From: Candidatus Hydrogenedentota bacterium
GTDB lineage: Bacteria; Hydrogenedentota; Hydrogenedentia; Hydrogenedentales; SLHB01
Length of the DNA stretch: 64,000 bases
Assembly: GCA_045863335.1 (NCBI GenBank)
Contig: BTVY01000005.1
Location: 100,718-164,717 of the forward strand
Reading direction: 5' to 3'
Shown: positions 60,840-64,000 of the stretch, in pieces
Position numbering within the stretch: the stretch's first letter is position 1
How the letters are laid out: each line of letters opens with the position of its first letter
Program-made: the position numbers and the translations under genes
Notes under the pieces: model-generated
Databases searched by the model: none
What the model saw: only the letters and a program-made list of their open reading frames with translations
Told to the model about the DNA's origin: nothing

Positions 60840-61718
60840 TCATCGAAGATGGTCGAAAAAGAAGTCGAGGAGCCGGTTCCAGCCTTCTCCTTCCCGGGCG
60901 ATGGCCATTCCGTGGCCGCCGCCTTTGATGACGAGAAGTTCACAGGACGCGCCCACGGAGGCAGCCGCTTCGGCGAATGACCTTGACTGTTGGAGAATGA
61001 CGCGGTTGTCCGCGTCGCCATGGATGAGCAGCATGGGCGGCGAGTCGTTGCGTACGTATGCGATGGGGGACGCGCGGCGGGCCGCTTCCGCCTTGACTGC
61101 GAGTGGGCCTCCCAAGAAGCGGACCACCACGGGGTCATCCTCGTTGGGGTAACGGTCCGGTGCCAGCGGTACGCACAAGTCCATAGGCCCGCATACGGGA
61201 ACGGCGGCCTGGACTTCGCTGGAGTACTCAGCGTATCGGCCGCGGTCGAACCCGTCCGACGCCTGGGTCACCGCGAGCATGGCGCTCAGGTGGCCTCCCG
61301 CCGAACCGCCGATAACGCCGATCCGGTCAGGGTCCACGTTGTATTCCGCCGCGTGGGCTCGCAGCCAGCGGATCGCGAGTTTGCAGTCTTCGATGGCCGC
61401 CGGGAAGGTGGCCTCGTCGGACAAGCGGTAGTCGATGGAGAGCGCGACGAACCCGGCCTCCGCAAACCGGCACAGCATGGCAAGCGTGGATTGACCGCCC
61501 TTGCCACCCGTGTACCAGCCCCCGCCGTGGATGTGGACGATGGCGGGCCGCGGTCGTTCATCGTCGGGGTGGTAGAGTATATCGAGACGCTGCGATTCGG
61601 ATACCACGCCGTAGGGAACGTTGGCGACGAAGAGGAAACCTTCCGGCGGTAACCCGTCAACCGGCGGAACGGCTGCGTGTACCGCAACACTGAAAAACAG
61701 CCCCACGACAAAGCGCAT
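60840..61718 (-). CDS. Secreted alpha/beta hydrolase (HSL-like/BD-FAE esterase)
   Basis: HGGGW, DYRLS, GGSAGGHL, HGDAD..V, GGGH. Confidence 0.92.
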   Translation of the reverse strand: MRFVVGLFFSVAVHAAVPPVDGLPPEGFLFVANVPYGVVSESQRLDILYHPDDERPRPAIVHIHGGGWYTGGKGGQSTLAMLCRFAEAGFVALSIDYRLSDEATFPAAIEDCKLAIRWLRAHAAEYNVDPDRIGVIGGSAGGHLSAMLAVTQASDGFDRGRYAEYSSEVQAAVPVCGPMDLCVPLAPDRYPNEDDPVVVRFLGGPLAVKAEAARRASPIAYVRNDSPPMLLIHGDADNRVILQQSRSFAEAAASVGASCELLVIKGGGHGMAIAREGEGWNRLLDFFFDHLR

Positions 61719-61806
61719 CGGCAAACCCTCCGGTTTTTGCGTGCAAAGTATACGCCAGAATTCGATTCTGTGATTGTCTAGCCGATTGGCAAAGCGTTTA
61801 TTCACG

Positions 61807-61963
61807 CCCACACCGTCACCCCCGCGCAGGCGGGGGTCCATCTTTGTTGGCGGTGCGGGTAAGGCGCGGCTGCGGACCGGTTGTCCGTCGCGCTTGGTTA
61901 GCCAAAGATGGGTTCCCGCCTGCCCCCCGCCTCCGCGAGGGTGATAGTGGATGACGGTGTGGG
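61807..61963. repeat. CGTC-type REP doublet with a disrupted right arm
   Basis: cccacaccgtcacccccgcgcaggcgggggtccatctttg ... caaagatgggttcccgcctgc[extra]gatgacggtgtggg. Confidence 0.75.
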
Positions 61964-62224
61964 GAGATTACGCAGGTCTCGGCGTTTCGATGGATGCCAC
62001 GCCATTCGGCTAAACAGTTAAGATTTTCTGAATCGCGCGTATTGTGCTGCCTGCCGTGGAAAATGTACCGCCCGGGCGGTTTCACATGGCGCGAACTCCG
62101 AATTCGTGCTATTTTGGACGCGCTGTAAAGCCTGGAACCCGGCAGTTCCGTGCGGTGTTTAAGAGGCCGAAACGTTGCAAGGCACCGCGACCCATTGTTC
62201 GCGCACAATCCTGGAGCGCTGCTG

Positions 62225-63763
62225 ATGGCCAAGTTGTTGAAACCAATCGACCCCGAACAATGGAGCGAAAGCCACGCCCGCCATCTCTTGAACCGGGCCG
62301 GATTCGGCCTGCCTTCGGAGCGGGTCGCGCAACTGGCGGGCATGTCCCCGACTTCGGCGGTGGACTTCTTCGTCGATTTCACCGAGCAGCCAAGCGACGC
62401 GTCCGCCCCCGGTTTTCTCGTGACGCCCGAAGCGTTTCACGCCATGCGGGCAAGCCTGCGCGGTGCGGATGAAGAGGCGCGGCGCAAGATTAATCAGGAT
62501 TTCCAGCGCGATGAACGCCAGGCCGTGCAGAACCTGAAGGCCTGGTGGCTCGAACGGATGCACAAGACCGAGCGTCCACTCGAAGAAAAACTCACGCTTT
62601 TCTGGCACGGCCATTTCGCAACCTCCGCCCAGAAGGTCCGGTCCTCCTGGAACACGTATCAACTGAACGAGATATTCCGGCGGCACGCGGCCGGCAATTT
62701 CAAGGCGCTCACGATCGCGGTGGGCCAGTCGCCGTCTATGCTGCACTATCTCGACAACCGGCAAAGCACCAAGAAATCGCCGAACGAAAACTGGGCGCGC
62801 GAGTTGATGGAACTGTTCACGCTCGGGCAGGGGCAGTACTCGGAGGAGGACATTAAGAATTCGGCCCGGGCCTTTACCGGGTGGACCTGTGATTTCGAAT
62901 CGTTCCGCTATCGCGAAGAGGTCCATGATTTCGGCGAGAAGACGTTCATGGGCCGCACCGGCGACTTTGATGGTTGGAACGTCATCGACATTATCTTCGA
63001 ACAACCCGCGGCCGCGACCTTCATTACGACCAAGCTGTGGCGTTACTTTGCCTACGAGGATCCCGAGCCCGAAGTGATTGAAGGGCTGGCAAAGACGCTG
63101 CGCGACCACAACTATGAGTTGCGGCCCATGCTGCGGCAGATGTTTCTCTCGCGCGCGTTTTATGGGGAGAAAGCAGTGGGGCGCCAGATCAAAAGCCCGG
63201 CGCAATTCGTCGTGCAGCTGGCGTCAGACCTCGAATTCGGGGATCCGCCGTACAACGCTATGGCCGGCGCGACGGCCCGGCTGGGCCAGAACCTCTTCTA
63301 TCCGCCGAACGTGAAGGGTTGGGACGGCAATCGCGCGTGGATCAACGCAAACGCGCTGCTGATCCGCTACAACCTTCCGGCGATGATTGTCCGGCAGCGT
63401 CCGCAATCCGGTCGCGAAGCCTACATGGGGCAGGCCGCGTTGGACAGCGCGCCCAAGATGGAGCCGGCCATGCGCGGCGACATGATGCAACAGAACAATG
63501 AGTCCGGCGGTCGCCCTGAACCGTGGAATCCCCGTCGCTTCTTTGGGTCCCTCGAATTCGAAACTGCCGGAGAATGCGTGGACGACATGGCCCGCCACTT
63601 TCTGTGCGTGCCGCTTTCGAAGGAACAGCGCGACGTGCTCATCGCGTCGCTTGAGGTGCGGGGCGGCGAAGACGGCGTCATGCGCGGACCCAACGTGAAG
63701 CCGAAGAATCTGATGGCGTCGCTCCATCTGTTGTTGAGCACGGCCGAATACCAACTTTGCTAA
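62225..63763 (+). CDS. DUF1800 family protein
   Basis: HLLNRAGFG, EKLTLFWHGHFATS, YLDN, NENWARELMELFTLG, PPNVKGW, EYQLC. Confidence 0.95.
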   Translation: MAKLLKPIDPEQWSESHARHLLNRAGFGLPSERVAQLAGMSPTSAVDFFVDFTEQPSDASAPGFLVTPEAFHAMRASLRGADEEARRKINQDFQRDERQAVQNLKAWWLERMHKTERPLEEKLTLFWHGHFATSAQKVRSSWNTYQLNEIFRRHAAGNFKALTIAVGQSPSMLHYLDNRQSTKKSPNENWARELMELFTLGQGQYSEEDIKNSARAFTGWTCDFESFRYREEVHDFGEKTFMGRTGDFDGWNVIDIIFEQPAAATFITTKLWRYFAYEDPEPEVIEGLAKTLRDHNYELRPMLRQMFLSRAFYGEKAVGRQIKSPAQFVVQLASDLEFGDPPYNAMAGATARLGQNLFYPPNVKGWDGNRAWINANALLIRYNLPAMIVRQRPQSGREAYMGQAALDSAPKMEPAMRGDMMQQNNESGGRPEPWNPRRFFGSLEFETAGECVDDMARHFLCVPLSKEQRDVLIASLEVRGGEDGVMRGPNVKPKNLMASLHLLLSTAEYQLC

Positions 63764-63781
63764 ACCCCTGAGGACGATACC

Positions 63782-64000
63782 ATGGTCAACATCGTAACCC
63801 GCCGTAGCTTTCTGAAATCCGCCGCCGTCTTCTCGTCCATCGGGCTGGCCCCCGCGTTTCTGACGCGCGCGGCAGAAGTCGCGGCCCCGGCCATCGAGGG
63901 GTTCAAAGACGACCGTATCCTCGTCGTCGTGCAGTTGGGCGGAGGCAACGACGGTCTCAACACCGTCGTGCCCCAGAGCAACGACACCTACTACCGCATG
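63782..64000 (+). CDS. DUF1501 family protein (Tat signal), partial
   Basis: MVNIVTRRSFLKS...RILVVVQLGGGNDGLNTVVP; canonical partner of DUF1800. Confidence 0.9.
   Translation, partial: MVNIVTRRSFLKSAAVFSSIGLAPAFLTRAAEVAAPAIEGFKDDRILVVVQLGGGNDGLNTVVPQSNDTYYRM

Noticed and set aside
60600-60840. Complete diversity-generating retroelement
   Set aside because: No reverse transcriptase, no second repeat copy in the window and no adenine-rich template signature.

Overview
This 64-kb window is GC-rich bacterial chromosome. The H-X9-DG prepilin-like (DUF1559) proteins, the dockerin-tailed exoprotease, PmoA/DUF6807 and the DUF1800-DUF1501 pair suggest a Candidatus Hydrogenedentes or PVC-like organism (inference). 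It is mostly housekeeping and accessory genes: an ABC/MFP exporter, a sugar-catabolism trio, an amidase, a DASS transporter, a fused 5-oxoprolinase, a rimB-astE-rimK operon, nikR, fabH, surA, eno-ftsB-phoH-pgpH-ybeY-corC-corC-DUF502, an orphan flgM, an M4 protease and polysaccharide genes. I saw no rRNA, tRNA, CRISPR array, integrase, transposase or reverse transcriptase. Main observations: (1) RimK is fused to an RCK_C/TrkA_C domain in an operon with two candidate erasers, next to an oxoprolinase and near a PgpH-type c-di-AMP phosphodiesterase, a candidate nucleotide-regulated poly-glutamate write/erase/recycle module. (2) An 86-bp palindromic element is inserted in frame inside the oxoprolinase. 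(3) GGAC-core 9-10-bp tandem arrays recur at five loci, often as inverted pairs, including a 14-unit array between divergent surface-glycan genes. (4) At least five different REP/REPIN-like elements occupy intergenic gaps. (5) There are near-consensus sigma28 and sigma54 promoters, two pseudo-receivers, a DUF1566 C-terminal relic and an unannotated small membrane ORF. All family calls come from motif recognition by eye; no database searches were run.
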